Shown here: piece by piece, positions 1 through 8,917 of the stretch
How the letters are laid out: the number at the start of each line of letters is the position of its first letter
Numbering within the stretch: position 1 is the stretch's first letter
Assembly: GCA_963693055.1 (NCBI GenBank)
Contig: OY843751.1
Coordinates: 4,448,001 to 4,512,000 of the forward strand
DNA from: a bacterium
Lineage (GTDB): Bacteria; Zhuqueibacterota; Zhuqueibacteria; Residuimicrobiales; Krinioviventaceae
Length of the DNA: 64,000 nucleotides
Direction: 5' to 3'
Position numbers and translations under genes: made by a program
The notes under the pieces: generated by a model
The model's database searches: none
Seen by the model: the letters and a program-made list of their open reading frames with translations, nothing else
What the model was told of the DNA's origin: nothing

Positions 1-873
1 ATTCCCGTTACCATTGGTGTGGGCACCAGTAAAACACTGGCAAAAATTGCCAGCCGCCACGCAAAAAAGAACCGCGACACCTACAAAGGCGTCTGCTGCC
101 TGGTTGATCATCCCAATATCGATCGCGTGCTTGAAAGCGTGCCGGTTGAGGATATTTGGGGAGTGGGCCGCCAATATGATAAATTTCTGCGCCGCTACCG
201 TATCACTTCAGCCCGACAACTGAAATACGTCAGGGACAAATGGGTCAAAAAGCACATGACCGTGGTGGGTCTACGGACGGTCTGGGAACTGCGCGGCACG
301 TCGTGCCTGCCGCTTGAACTGGTCCCTCCCGCTAAAAAAGAGATCTGCAATTCACGCAGTTTTGGGCATGCGGTAACAACGCTAAAAGATATGCGCGAAG
401 CAGTTGCCGAATACGCTTCGCGGGCCGCGGTAAAACTGCGGCGGCAAAACTCGGCCGCGCGAATTTTACAGGTATTTCTAACCACCAACCGATTCAAGGA
501 CGAACCCCAGTATTTTAACAGCACCCAGATTGTAATGCCGGCCCCCACGAACGATACGCTGGAAATTGTAAAATACGCCTGTTTTGCCATTGAGCGTATT
601 TTCAAACCCAATTACCGTTATAAAAAAGCCGGGGTATTTTTATGCGACATTGTACCGGACACCGACATCCAGAACAATCTGTTCGATCCGTATCCCCATC
701 GTGAAAAATCCCAGCGCGTTATGAACGTTCTGGACCAGATCAATACCCGCTACGGCTCGGGTACCCTGCAGGTGGCTGCCGCCGGCACCAGAAAAGAATG
801 GTCCATGCAGCGCAACCTCAAATCCAACAATTTTACAACCAACTGGAACGAAATCCCCGTGGTCAGAGCATAA
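1..873 (+). CDS. umuC: Y-family error-prone DNA polymerase (UmuC-like, DUF4113 C-terminus), 5' truncated by window edge
   Basis: Frame open from base 1 (IPVTIGVGTSKTLAKIA); motifs DIWGVG, SRSFG, YKKAGV and C-terminal WSMQR...FTTNWNEIP typical of UmuC. Confidence 0.9.
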   Translation: MPVTIGVGTSKTLAKIASRHAKKNRDTYKGVCCLVDHPNIDRVLESVPVEDIWGVGRQYDKFLRRYRITSARQLKYVRDKWVKKHMTVVGLRTVWELRGTSCLPLELVPPAKKEICNSRSFGHAVTTLKDMREAVAEYASRAAVKLRRQNSAARILQVFLTTNRFKDEPQYFNSTQIVMPAPTNDTLEIVKYACFAIERIFKPNYRYKKAGVFLCDIVPDTDIQNNLFDPYPHREKSQRVMNVLDQINTRYGSGTLQVAAAGTRKEWSMQRNLKSNNFTTNWNEIPVVRA

Positions 874-920
874 TCCGTGGCTAAAAATTTAACCGCCTGT
901 TTTTCTCTCAACAGCAACAC

Positions 921-1046
921 CCGGTTGCTGAGTAGCCCACCGAAGGTAGACGTATCGAAGGATTAGGGCCGTTCAATTGCTTTACTCACTTTTCCCGGCC
1001 CTTCGATAGACTCGTCCGTCAAGACGGACTCGCACTCAGGGACCGG
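921..1046. repeat. Inverted pair of REP-like elements (CCGGTnnCTGAGT...TATCGAAGG)
   Basis: 921-961 ccggttgctgagt...tatcgaagg matches the reverse complement of 1000-1046 (ccggtccctgagt...tatcgaagg); internal hairpin gtccgtc-aa-gacggac. Confidence 0.7.
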
Positions 1047-1131
1047 TGGTGTGTTTGATCGCAAAGCAGCTCTCTATACAACTTGAAGCTTGAACAGGAC
1101 ATGTGCCCCGCAGAAATCAAAATTATCAAGT

Positions 1132-1235
1132 TTGCATCAATTAGCGCCCGCATTGAGCGAGCGCAAACGAAATAAATTTCGTTCTACAGGATATAGATCC
1201 CATTTCAATAGGATTGCCCGCTGCCAGATGGGCAT
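1132..1235. repeat. Direct repeat copy 1 (104 bp) containing a GTAG-type REP palindrome
   Basis: Ungapped alignment to 2790-2893 with about 12 mismatches by manual count; AACGAAAT-nn-ATTTCGTT followed by CTAC. Confidence 0.9.
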
Positions 1236-1266
1236 GCCCCCCCTCTTTTACCAAAACACTGGAATA

Positions 1267-1575
1267 TTAAACCGCTCTTTTATACACCCGTACATGGTCT
1301 TCTATCTCTTTTTCGGATTTATCCCGGGCAACATCCAGATCATAATCCATTTGCAACCCCAACCAGAATTGTGGCGTCATGTTGAAATATTTTGCAAGCC
1401 GCAATGCTGTGTCAGGGGTAATACTGCGTTTCCCCAATACAATTTCATTTATTCTTCGCGGCGGCACATGTATATCCAATGCAAGCCGATTCTGGCTTAA
1501 TCCCATAGGCTTTAAAAATTCTTCCATCAATATTTCACCGGGGTGCACCGCTGGTATTTTATTCTGTTCTTTCAT
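1267..1575 (-). CDS. higA: HigA antitoxin (HTH, addiction module antidote)
   Basis: HPGEILMEEFL...RINEIVLGKRSITPDTALRLAKYF...FWLGLQMDYDL signature; RBS GAGG before ATG at 1575. Confidence 0.95.
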   Translation of the reverse strand: MKEQNKIPAVHPGEILMEEFLKPMGLSQNRLALDIHVPPRRINEIVLGKRSITPDTALRLAKYFNMTPQFWLGLQMDYDLDVARDKSEKEIEDHVRVYKRAV

Positions 1576-1583
1576 ACTTAACC

Positions 1584-1865
1584 TCAATGATAATCAACAA
1601 TCTCGACATCATAAGCGTCCTGTTCCTCCCACCGGAAACAAATTCGCCACTGATCGTTAATTCGAATACTAAACGCTCCTTCACGGTCTCCCCGCAGGGA
1701 TTCTAACCGGTTTCCGGGAGGCACCTTTAAATCATTTAAATTGGCTGCTCTGTTGATCATACGTAACTTTCGAAATGCAATAAGCTGAATGTCTGTTGGC
1801 AGTTTTTTAGAATAAATGCGATTAAAAATCTTTTCTGTATCTTTGGATTTAAAGGACTTAATCAT
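1584..1865 (-). CDS. higB: HigB toxin (RelE/ParE superfamily, plasmid maintenance killer)
   Basis: MIKSF...PPGNRLESLRGDREG.FSIRINDQWRICFRW...VEIVDYH; toxin upstream of antitoxin. Confidence 0.95.
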   Translation of the reverse strand: MIKSFKSKDTEKIFNRIYSKKLPTDIQLIAFRKLRMINRAANLNDLKVPPGNRLESLRGDREGAFSIRINDQWRICFRWEEQDAYDVEIVDYH

Positions 1866-1870
1866 ATCAA

Positions 1871-1919
1871 AATATATAACGCATAACGTTAAATGTCAAG
1901 CATTAAACGCATAACATTA
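1871..1919 (-). promoter_or_regulatory. higBA sigma70 promoter (TTGACA-17-TATATT) with operator palindrome TAACG-N5-CGTTA in the spacer; likely leaderless
   Basis: -35 at 1894-1899, -10 at 1871-1876, ATG 5 nt downstream; palindrome 1877-1891 and degenerate copy 1905-1919. Confidence 0.75.
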
Positions 1920-2056
1920 TCCCCATTTTATGAATTTTCTATCTTAACACTAAAAGTTTCGGAACCGAGATCATCATTTTTTTCTGTGAATGAATAATTA
2001 CTGGTAGGTATTAATCCTTTCTATTTAAATTCTATTTACGACTAACATAAGGTTAA

Positions 2057-2623
2057 CTAATTTTTATCAATATAAACTAATAATCCACCAAAGCTGTAAC
2101 GACTCAATAACATGTCAAGCACAATGCTACTCAGCGTAATAGTTGATTTATCATCAACTAAATCAATAGTTCCCAAATGTTGATTCGTTTGGATAATTTC
2201 ATCATTTAATATTAATCCCAGATCTATACTGATATAAAAAAATGTATTGTTATAATTAGCAATTATTTCTTCATAGGGTATTGACAGTTCAATTATTTTT
2301 TCATGCCGTTTTTCTAGTTTTCCCAGTGTAATTGGTGATTCAAGAGAAGAATAAAAATTTGCACCATAGCGTAATGATAATGCCCGAGTACTATACGAAA
2401 AACTTTTATATAGCGTTTCATCTTTAAAGAGATATATTGTTTTTCGACTTTTATTCTTAATTTTCATTTTGATGTCAAGCGTATCCCCAGGATTCATTGT
2501 TAATTGATTTGAATATATTTCAACAAAAAAATCTTTTTCTTTAAATATATATGTCTGGCCAATATCTTCCCCGTATATATAACCAATACTGACAAATAAA
2601 ACAATAACAATCCATTTCTTCAT
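2057..2623 (-). CDS. Hypothetical secreted protein (AT-rich)
   Basis: Start re-assigned to MKKWIVIVLFVSIGYIYG (signal-peptide like) after a GGTGGGG RBS; no family recognised. Confidence 0.65.
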   Translation of the reverse strand: MKKWIVIVLFVSIGYIYGEDIGQTYIFKEKDFFVEIYSNQLTMNPGDTLDIKMKIKNKSRKTIYLFKDETLYKSFSYSTRALSLRYGANFYSSLESPITLGKLEKRHEKIIELSIPYEEIIANYNNTFFYISIDLGLILNDEIIQTNQHLGTIDLVDDKSTITLSSIVLDMLLSRYSFGGLLVYIDKN

Positions 2624-2653
2624 AACCCCACCTGCTTTTAAAAATATGATTCT

Positions 2654-2684
2654 ATCCGTGTGGATCTGTGTTGATCCGTGGCTA
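2654..2684. repeat. Tandem 10-nt periodic repeat ATCyGTG x3
   Basis: atccgtg (2654), atctgtg (2664), atccgtggcta (2674); single atccgtggcta copy also at 873. Confidence 0.7.
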
Positions 2685-2789
2685 ATACGTTTAAATAACC
2701 GGTACTTTGATAATTTGATCGGGACAAAATTCTCTGCATCACGTAATATTGGACAGGACAATGTCCCGCAGAGATTTTTATTACACTGC

Positions 2790-2893
2790 TTGCATCAATT
2801 AGCACCAGCCTCTGGCGAGTGCAAACGAAATGAATTTCGTTCTACAGGATATAGATCCCATTTCAACAGGATTGCCCACCGCCAGGTGGGCAT
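2790..2893. repeat. Direct repeat copy 2 (104 bp) with REP palindrome and GC hairpin tgcccacc-gcca-ggtgggca
   Basis: Matches 1132-1235; weaker similarity extends left (acaggaca...cccgcag). Confidence 0.9.
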
Positions 2894-2946
2894 ATAACAC
2901 TCTAATCAATAAAACCGCTGCTTCGATGCTCTGCCTGTGGCATCAA

Positions 2947-4245
2947 TCACTGCAAATGCATCTTTATAAATTTAAACATCACGTCCCAGTCACCGGGGCC
3001 GGGGCCATGGCCGCCGTCGTGCATGTAATAGCCGATATCATGCAAAATCGGTTCACCGGCTGGCGGAAATTCCGTTTTGCCCAATCCCTTTTTCCCCAAC
3101 AGCTCGTAAACCGGCTCCGCCGCAACCGCAGCCAGAAATTCACCATAAGGATCGGACCATTTGTCCGTATTGCCCGTAATTAAAAGCACGGGACGCGGAG
3201 CGATCAACGCCACCAGCATGTGTGCATCCACCGGAGATTCGTTCACATTGTTTCCCCATTTCTGATAATTCACAGCAAATTGATAGGGAAACCGGCTTGC
3301 TTCGGTCAGGTGCGCAACGGTTTCGCCAAAATCTCTGCGACTCAAAGCAGCTCCGCCCTCACCCGAGCAGCTTGCAATAACCATGGCAACGCGGGGATCT
3401 CTGCCACCTTCCCACATCACGGTCTTGCCCAGACGAGAGATACCATAAATCGCGATTTTTTTCTCGTCAACAGTATCATCGGTTTCAAAATAATCTATGG
3501 CGCAACTAATACCCCATCCCCACGCCGAGATGGAACCCCACTCGTCTGCGGCGCGCTCTGTTTGTCCCGGTTTCAGATACAGCTTGCGCACTCCAAAATC
3601 AAATCCGCCATTAAAATCAGGGTCCACATCTCCATAATAAAATGTGGCAATACCAATACCCTGCTCAACAACCCGCACCACATCCAGTTTTCCAAAGGGG
3701 CGTCCCTGGCTAGCCGGGATCAGTTCATGCTCCCGGTTCCAGATCATCCCGGGCCTTACTGCATCATCATCAATAAACAGTTCATTGGCTGAAAAAGAGA
3801 TATTTAACAACAGAGGTACAGGGCCCGTAGCATCCGGAGGTAAATAGATTACCAGGTCCATCTTGGGGCGGGATTTATCTTTTGTAAAATGTATAGTTAC
3901 CTGGGTGCGTAGCGCCTTGCCGTCGAACGCGGGCACACCTTTTTCATGCACCTCAAAACTGATATCCCGGGGCTCGGGACAGCGGCCAAACTGATTTTCC
4001 TCAATCAGCTTTACAATCTCCGCACGGCGCTGATCCATCCAGACATCCGCGCTTTTAACCGCCTTGCCGTTTTCCAGTTGTAACAACGCGGGTAATGTAT
4101 ATTCACCCACATTGGCTTCGGTGTAATTCACCGGAATGCCAGCAACCGTATCCGGTGGGAAATCTGCAATCTGAGCACTCAACGGAGCAATCCACAACAA
4201 TATTGCTGATAAAACTAAAACTTGAATCGCGTTTTTTACTGGCAT
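2947..4245 (-). CDS. CE15-type glucuronoyl esterase / acetylxylan esterase, secreted
   Basis: G-I-S-R-L-G-K nucleophile motif, SGEGGAALSRR, LIAPRP, catalytic H in GGHG; signal peptide. Confidence 0.85.
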   Translation of the reverse strand: MPVKNAIQVLVLSAILLWIAPLSAQIADFPPDTVAGIPVNYTEANVGEYTLPALLQLENGKAVKSADVWMDQRRAEIVKLIEENQFGRCPEPRDISFEVHEKGVPAFDGKALRTQVTIHFTKDKSRPKMDLVIYLPPDATGPVPLLLNISFSANELFIDDDAVRPGMIWNREHELIPASQGRPFGKLDVVRVVEQGIGIATFYYGDVDPDFNGGFDFGVRKLYLKPGQTERAADEWGSISAWGWGISCAIDYFETDDTVDEKKIAIYGISRLGKTVMWEGGRDPRVAMVIASCSGEGGAALSRRDFGETVAHLTEASRFPYQFAVNYQKWGNNVNESPVDAHMLVALIAPRPVLLITGNTDKWSDPYGEFLAAVAAEPVYELLGKKGLGKTEFPPAGEPILHDIGYYMHDGGHGPGPGDWDVMFKFIKMHLQ

Positions 4246-4254
4246 GATACACCT

Positions 4255-7200
4255 CTAATTTTCAATACAATCTATTGTAACCGGTCCCAGCAATCCTGAT
4301 TCTTCTAATGGTGGCGAGCGGAAAAATCGGATCTGATCACTACCCGGTAATACATTTACATCAACATCGGATTTATGGTCACCCAAAATACGATTGGTCC
4401 ACTCGTTGGTAACCTCGATAGAGATATCATTTTCTCCGGACACAACAAAACCCGTAATATCTACCCGGAAAGGAGGTTTCCACAAAATATCGGTCTTTTT
4501 TTCATTAATCGTAACGCAGGCAACATCCCTCACCTCTCCCAAGTCCAGAAACAATCTACCTGCTTCCATCAGATCTTTTGAGAGTTGAAACGATTTATAA
4601 TATACTGCCGTGCCGGAGAAATACCGGATGCCATCCACATTATTTTCAGTCCAGGATAGCAAGCTGTCAACTATAATGGATTCAGGTGCTCCCATTTTGG
4701 GTGGAAATGTAATTTTCCAGGGGCCTTGGAGTGTTAAATGATTAGTTAACTTTTTCTCTAGCAGAATTTTGGATTGTTGATCTGCCTTTTTCGCAAATAC
4801 CACAAACATGGATCCATACGGAGGGAAATACAGGGGCACTATTGTCAATCCTTCTCCCATATCATACGAGACCGGTTCGGATTCACCCGTATCGGCATGC
4901 CACAATTCAGGCTGCTTGCCGTCAACCCGGAATCGGACATGGATGTCCTGCGACTTGTCGGATTTGTTAAAAAGATAATAAATATCCGCATTATCACTTT
5001 TACGATGGATCCACGCCAGTTCCATATCCAGAGGCTTGCTGTATTCCACATCCGGTGCAATTTTTAGCTGTTCCATCACAGTTTCAACCGGTAATCCCCA
5101 AATTACCCGACCTTTTTCATAGCGATGTTTATTGCGGCTGCTGCCATCCAGGTCCCCCCATACTGCATTTGCCAGGGCTGTCAATTCTGCCTCACTCTGC
5201 GGATACCCGCTCAATCCCGGTGTTGTTGTGGGTTTGGGTCCCAGTATGGCAGCACCGTCTTTCACAAGCTGCTCTATCTTTTTAATAACCGGCAGGGTCA
5301 TTTTATCGGTTTGCGGCAAGACCAGCAAGCGATAGCTTGTGTCGTCCGGAAGAACGAGCTTGCCCTCTTCATCAACAGACAACCGGTTAATCAGCGCGTC
5401 TGCATTGATATAATCATAGTCGTACCCTTTTGGTGGGGCCGGTAACAGTCCTGCGCCCCAAATGGGCATACTCGAGGGAGCGCCTTCATTCAACAGATAA
5501 AGTAAATCCGCAACAGGTTTTCCCTGTTGCAGCATATAGCTATTGCGTGCCATATAGGTCATCATAGGTCCGGCTAATTCCGCCCAGGTAATGTTGCGAT
5601 GAATGTGCGCACCTACCATGGTATTACCGGGATATGTATCCAGCGGTTGGTGTGCCGAGGTATGAAATACCAGCCGGTTAATGCCCTGAGCCATCCAGTA
5701 ATCGCTGACCCGTTTCAGGGTAAACGGCGATTCGTATCCACCGCCGGTAAAAGCTTCCGCGGCAACAACAGGCTTTCCATATATATGCGCGGCAGATGCC
5801 GCCCCGCGAACATCCTGAAAATACATGGGTGATGGATGCAAGTCCCTCACCCAGAACTCGCCCATGGGAATGTCCATAAACTTTTTGCATAACAATGCAT
5901 CTTCCAGGATCTCGAGTGATACGCCCGAGGCTTCACCGTAGGTGCCAACACCCAGTTTATGAAGATACTCTGAAACTACTCCGTAATGGTTTTCGGCTAC
6001 CATATCTGCAAGTGTTCTCCGAAAGTCCCATAAAAAACGATCACTCTTTTCGGCACTGCCAACAACACGCCCTGCCAGAACAGGCATAAAAGGAGTGGGA
6101 TCGTATCCCCGTCGTTTTTCAAATTCTGCGGCCATATTGTCGGTCCAGTTCTGACTGCCTGCTTCCCAGCTATCCATCATGGTATATTGAAGTGTTTTAC
6201 CAAACAACGGGCCCAGTTTGTCTTTGATAGGACCAAAATAATGTTCCAGATACGACAGGGTATGTTCACGACTGAGCTTGTCCACTTCATATCCCAATCC
6301 CGCGGCAGTAGCAGGACGGTTTTTGGCGCCTGTTAATGAATATCCGAACCGCAATAGAGTCCAGTTACCATCAGGCACCTGCCAGTCCAAACTCCCGTCT
6401 GCATTCATTTTAGATGTTAAATCGATCACCCCATCCGCGGGAATGACCAGTTCCTCCGGAATATCTGGCGTGGGTACAGAGTCATATTCAAACAGCAGCC
6501 GGAACCCTGCCTTTTCCTCCCATCGGTGCACACGTGCCTGCGAGTGCAGAACAATTTCGCTCAGTTCATACTTTTCCGGGACTGTCGGGTCAGGCTGGTT
6601 CATGGTTGCATCAGGATTCAAAGGCGAACCGGTCATTTCAATACGATAAAACCGTGCTGTACATTCCGGTACAGCAAACGTCCGAAGCCATCCCTGCCTG
6701 TAGAGCTGTGTGCCTGGCAATTCAACCAGCGTTTTAAAATCAATACCATCGTCACTTGCCTCTAGTCGCCCAATGGGTACACCTCTGTTGCCTCGAATGG
6801 TGAACGCCCGCACCGTGAACGGCTCATCAAACTCGAATTGCAGCCAGGTGGGGCCGTTCTGTACTGCGGGTATGCTGATACCGGAATTCAGGTCCCCATC
6901 CATTAACGCGGAAGCATCAATCACACCGGCATTTGTACTCGTTTTGGGATGCAGTGTTGCCATTTCTGCTCCACCATCGGGAGTGCGAAAAGCCAATACA
7001 GCAGCATCACCATAAAAAATGGGATCAGGGTTTTCCGCACTGCCGCGCCCCAGATTCTGGATCAGCCCGGTATTCGAAGGCGGCTGCTCAAGTTTACCGG
7101 CAAACTTTTGGGGTCCGTTAATACGGGTTTCACTCCACACCAGTTTTTTCATGGCCTGTTCGGGTTTCACCCATGGGCCGCCAGTAAGGCTCCATCCCGC

Positions 7201-7554
7201 CGAACTGAAAATCGTCATTTCCAGGCCCAGGCGCTCCGCTTCTTCGGCGGTATGTTTTACCGCGTCATACCAATCCAGACTTGCAAAATCAATCTTTTTG
7301 TCAATTTGCTGGCCATTGCCATAATTCACATCCGCAAGATGAAATCCGCCAATGCCAATACGTTTCATCCATTCCAGATCTTTGGTAATACCCGTTTTGG
7401 TTATGTTGCCCTGCGTCCAATGCCACCAAGTGCGGGGTTTGGCTTCATCCGGCGGATTGTTAAAATTCTGTTTCAATTCAGAATAATCCTGTGCCATGCC
7501 TGATATAGATATGGATATTAAAGAAATTAAAATGAGGTTCTTGAGATACTTCAC
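4255..7554 (-). CDS. GH106 alpha-L-rhamnosidase family glycoside hydrolase
   Basis: PPDEAKPRTWWHW, GWSLTGGPWV, GYEVDKLS, DSWEAG, PMGEFW, AAEAFT and C-terminal SGLLGPV; GTG start after GAGAGGGA RBS (ORF track start 7569). Confidence 0.88.
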   Translation of the reverse strand: MKYLKNLILISLISISISGMAQDYSELKQNFNNPPDEAKPRTWWHWTQGNITKTGITKDLEWMKRIGIGGFHLADVNYGNGQQIDKKIDFASLDWYDAVKHTAEEAERLGLEMTIFSSAGWSLTGGPWVKPEQAMKKLVWSETRINGPQKFAGKLEQPPSNTGLIQNLGRGSAENPDPIFYGDAAVLAFRTPDGGAEMATLHPKTSTNAGVIDASALMDGDLNSGISIPAVQNGPTWLQFEFDEPFTVRAFTIRGNRGVPIGRLEASDDGIDFKTLVELPGTQLYRQGWLRTFAVPECTARFYRIEMTGSPLNPDATMNQPDPTVPEKYELSEIVLHSQARVHRWEEKAGFRLLFEYDSVPTPDIPEELVIPADGVIDLTSKMNADGSLDWQVPDGNWTLLRFGYSLTGAKNRPATAAGLGYEVDKLSREHTLSYLEHYFGPIKDKLGPLFGKTLQYTMMDSWEAGSQNWTDNMAAEFEKRRGYDPTPFMPVLAGRVVGSAEKSDRFLWDFRRTLADMVAENHYGVVSEYLHKLGVGTYGEASGVSLEILEDALLCKKFMDIPMGEFWVRDLHPSPMYFQDVRGAASAAHIYGKPVVAAEAFTGGGYESPFTLKRVSDYWMAQGINRLVFHTSAHQPLDTYPGNTMVGAHIHRNITWAELAGPMMTYMARNSYMLQQGKPVADLLYLLNEGAPSSMPIWGAGLLPAPPKGYDYDYINADALINRLSVDEEGKLVLPDDTSYRLLVLPQTDKMTLPVIKKIEQLVKDGAAILGPKPTTTPGLSGYPQSEAELTALANAVWGDLDGSSRNKHRYEKGRVIWGLPVETVMEQLKIAPDVEYSKPLDMELAWIHRKSDNADIYYLFNKSDKSQDIHVRFRVDGKQPELWHADTGESEPVSYDMGEGLTIVPLYFPPYGSMFVVFAKKADQQSKILLEKKLTNHLTLQGPWKITFPPKMGAPESIIVDSLLSWTENNVDGIRYFSGTAVYYKSFQLSKDLMEAGRLFLDLGEVRDVACVTINEKKTDILWKPPFRVDITGFVVSGENDISIEVTNEWTNRILGDHKSDVDVNVLPGSDQIRFFRSPPLEESGLLGPVTIDCIEN

Positions 7555-7789
7555 AGCAGTCCCTCTCAAATATTGTGATATATAGTGTTAAATAAAAGAA
7601 ATGATATTTGAAAATAAAAAACACGAATCACAAGTACAATTCATTTTTTCAAAAAAAAACCTTAAAATCAACAAACATTACAAATAATAAATGAAATATC
7701 ACCATTCTTTAAACATGTTTTACATATAAATTTAAATTGCTTAAATACTATTTATATCTTATATTCATCGTTTTTTATGGACAGTATGA

Positions 7790-8881
7790 ATGATTGAACA
7801 AGCGGACATTAAAGCCCTGGATGAGCTATCCCGCATAGAAAACCGCTCATTCGAGTCTGACCAGCTTTCACGACGTAACCTTCGCTATTTATTATCAAAA
7901 GCCAATGCCACAACACTGGTCGACAGGGAGAATACTGTCATACGCGGATATGCCATGGTATTATACAATACCGGCACATCATTGGCCCGACTATACTCTC
8001 TGGTGGTAGATACTCCCTTTCGCGGATTAGGGGTGGGTTCTGCCCTGCTCAAGGCCGCAGAGCAGGATACGTTTGAAAACGAGTGCGTAACTTTGCGTCT
8101 CGAAGTCCGAAAGGACAATAAAACGGCCATTAGTCTTTATGAAAAACATGGTTATAAACTGTTCGATGAGGTGCCGAACTATTATCAGGACCATACGTCA
8201 GCCCTGCGTTATGAAAAAAATCTTGCACCCCACATAGAACCGGATATCGTCCATGTTCCCTACTATCAGCAAACCTGCGATTTTACATGCGGTCCATCAT
8301 CGTTAATGATGGCCATGAACACCCTGGATCCTGATCTGGGCTTTGATCGCAAAACCGAACTGCTCATCTGGAAAGAATCTACTACTATATTTATGACCTC
8401 CGGACACGGGGGCTGCAGTCCATACGGACTTGCATTGTCTGCCCATGATCGCGGATTTGATGTGGAACTTTATGTCAATCAGCTTGAAGCACTGTTTCTC
8501 GATTCTGTTCGCAGTCCTGAAAAAAAAGAGGTAATGCGCATTGTTCAGGAAGACCAAATTAACGAGATCCATAAACTCAAAATCCACATGGAGCATAACA
8601 TTCTCAGCGTTGACCAGATACAAAATATTTTCCAAAAAGGTCATGTACCTATCGTATTGATCAGTTCTTATCGTATTTACCACGAAAAATCACCACACTG
8701 GGTCGTGGTAACCGGCTTTGACGAACGTTTTATCTATGTACATGATTCCTTTGTAGATTCTCACAATGCCAAATCCGCATCAGATTGCATCAATATGCCA
8801 ATTCTGAAAAAAGATTTTGAACGCATGTCAAAATATGGAAAATCCGGTCAAAAAGCGGTGCTCATTATAAAAAAACGTTAA
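7790..8881 (+). CDS. RimI-like GNAT acetyltransferase fused to C39-like peptidase (DUF3335)
   Basis: GNAT motifs RGLGVG and LEVRKDN..AI.LY; C39 motifs YYQQT.DFTCGP (Cys) and PHWVVVTG...YVHD (His/Asp). Confidence 0.88.
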   Translation: MIEQADIKALDELSRIENRSFESDQLSRRNLRYLLSKANATTLVDRENTVIRGYAMVLYNTGTSLARLYSLVVDTPFRGLGVGSALLKAAEQDTFENECVTLRLEVRKDNKTAISLYEKHGYKLFDEVPNYYQDHTSALRYEKNLAPHIEPDIVHVPYYQQTCDFTCGPSSLMMAMNTLDPDLGFDRKTELLIWKESTTIFMTSGHGGCSPYGLALSAHDRGFDVELYVNQLEALFLDSVRSPEKKEVMRIVQEDQINEIHKLKIHMEHNILSVDQIQNIFQKGHVPIVLISSYRIYHEKSPHWVVVTGFDERFIYVHDSFVDSHNAKSASDCINMPILKKDFERMSKYGKSGQKAVLIIKKR

Positions 8882-8917
8882 TCTATACAAAATAACCAAG
8901 AGAGGTAATAAACAGGT

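Noticed and set aside
1090-1500. 136-aa + strand ORF, and the similar ORF at 2646-2897
   Set aside because: Their shared peptide is a translation of the non-coding repeat; the first is antisense to higA
1132-2893. Integron attC sites around the higBA cassette
   Set aside because: No RYYYAAC...GTTRRRY boundaries or attC fold seen, and no integrase in the window
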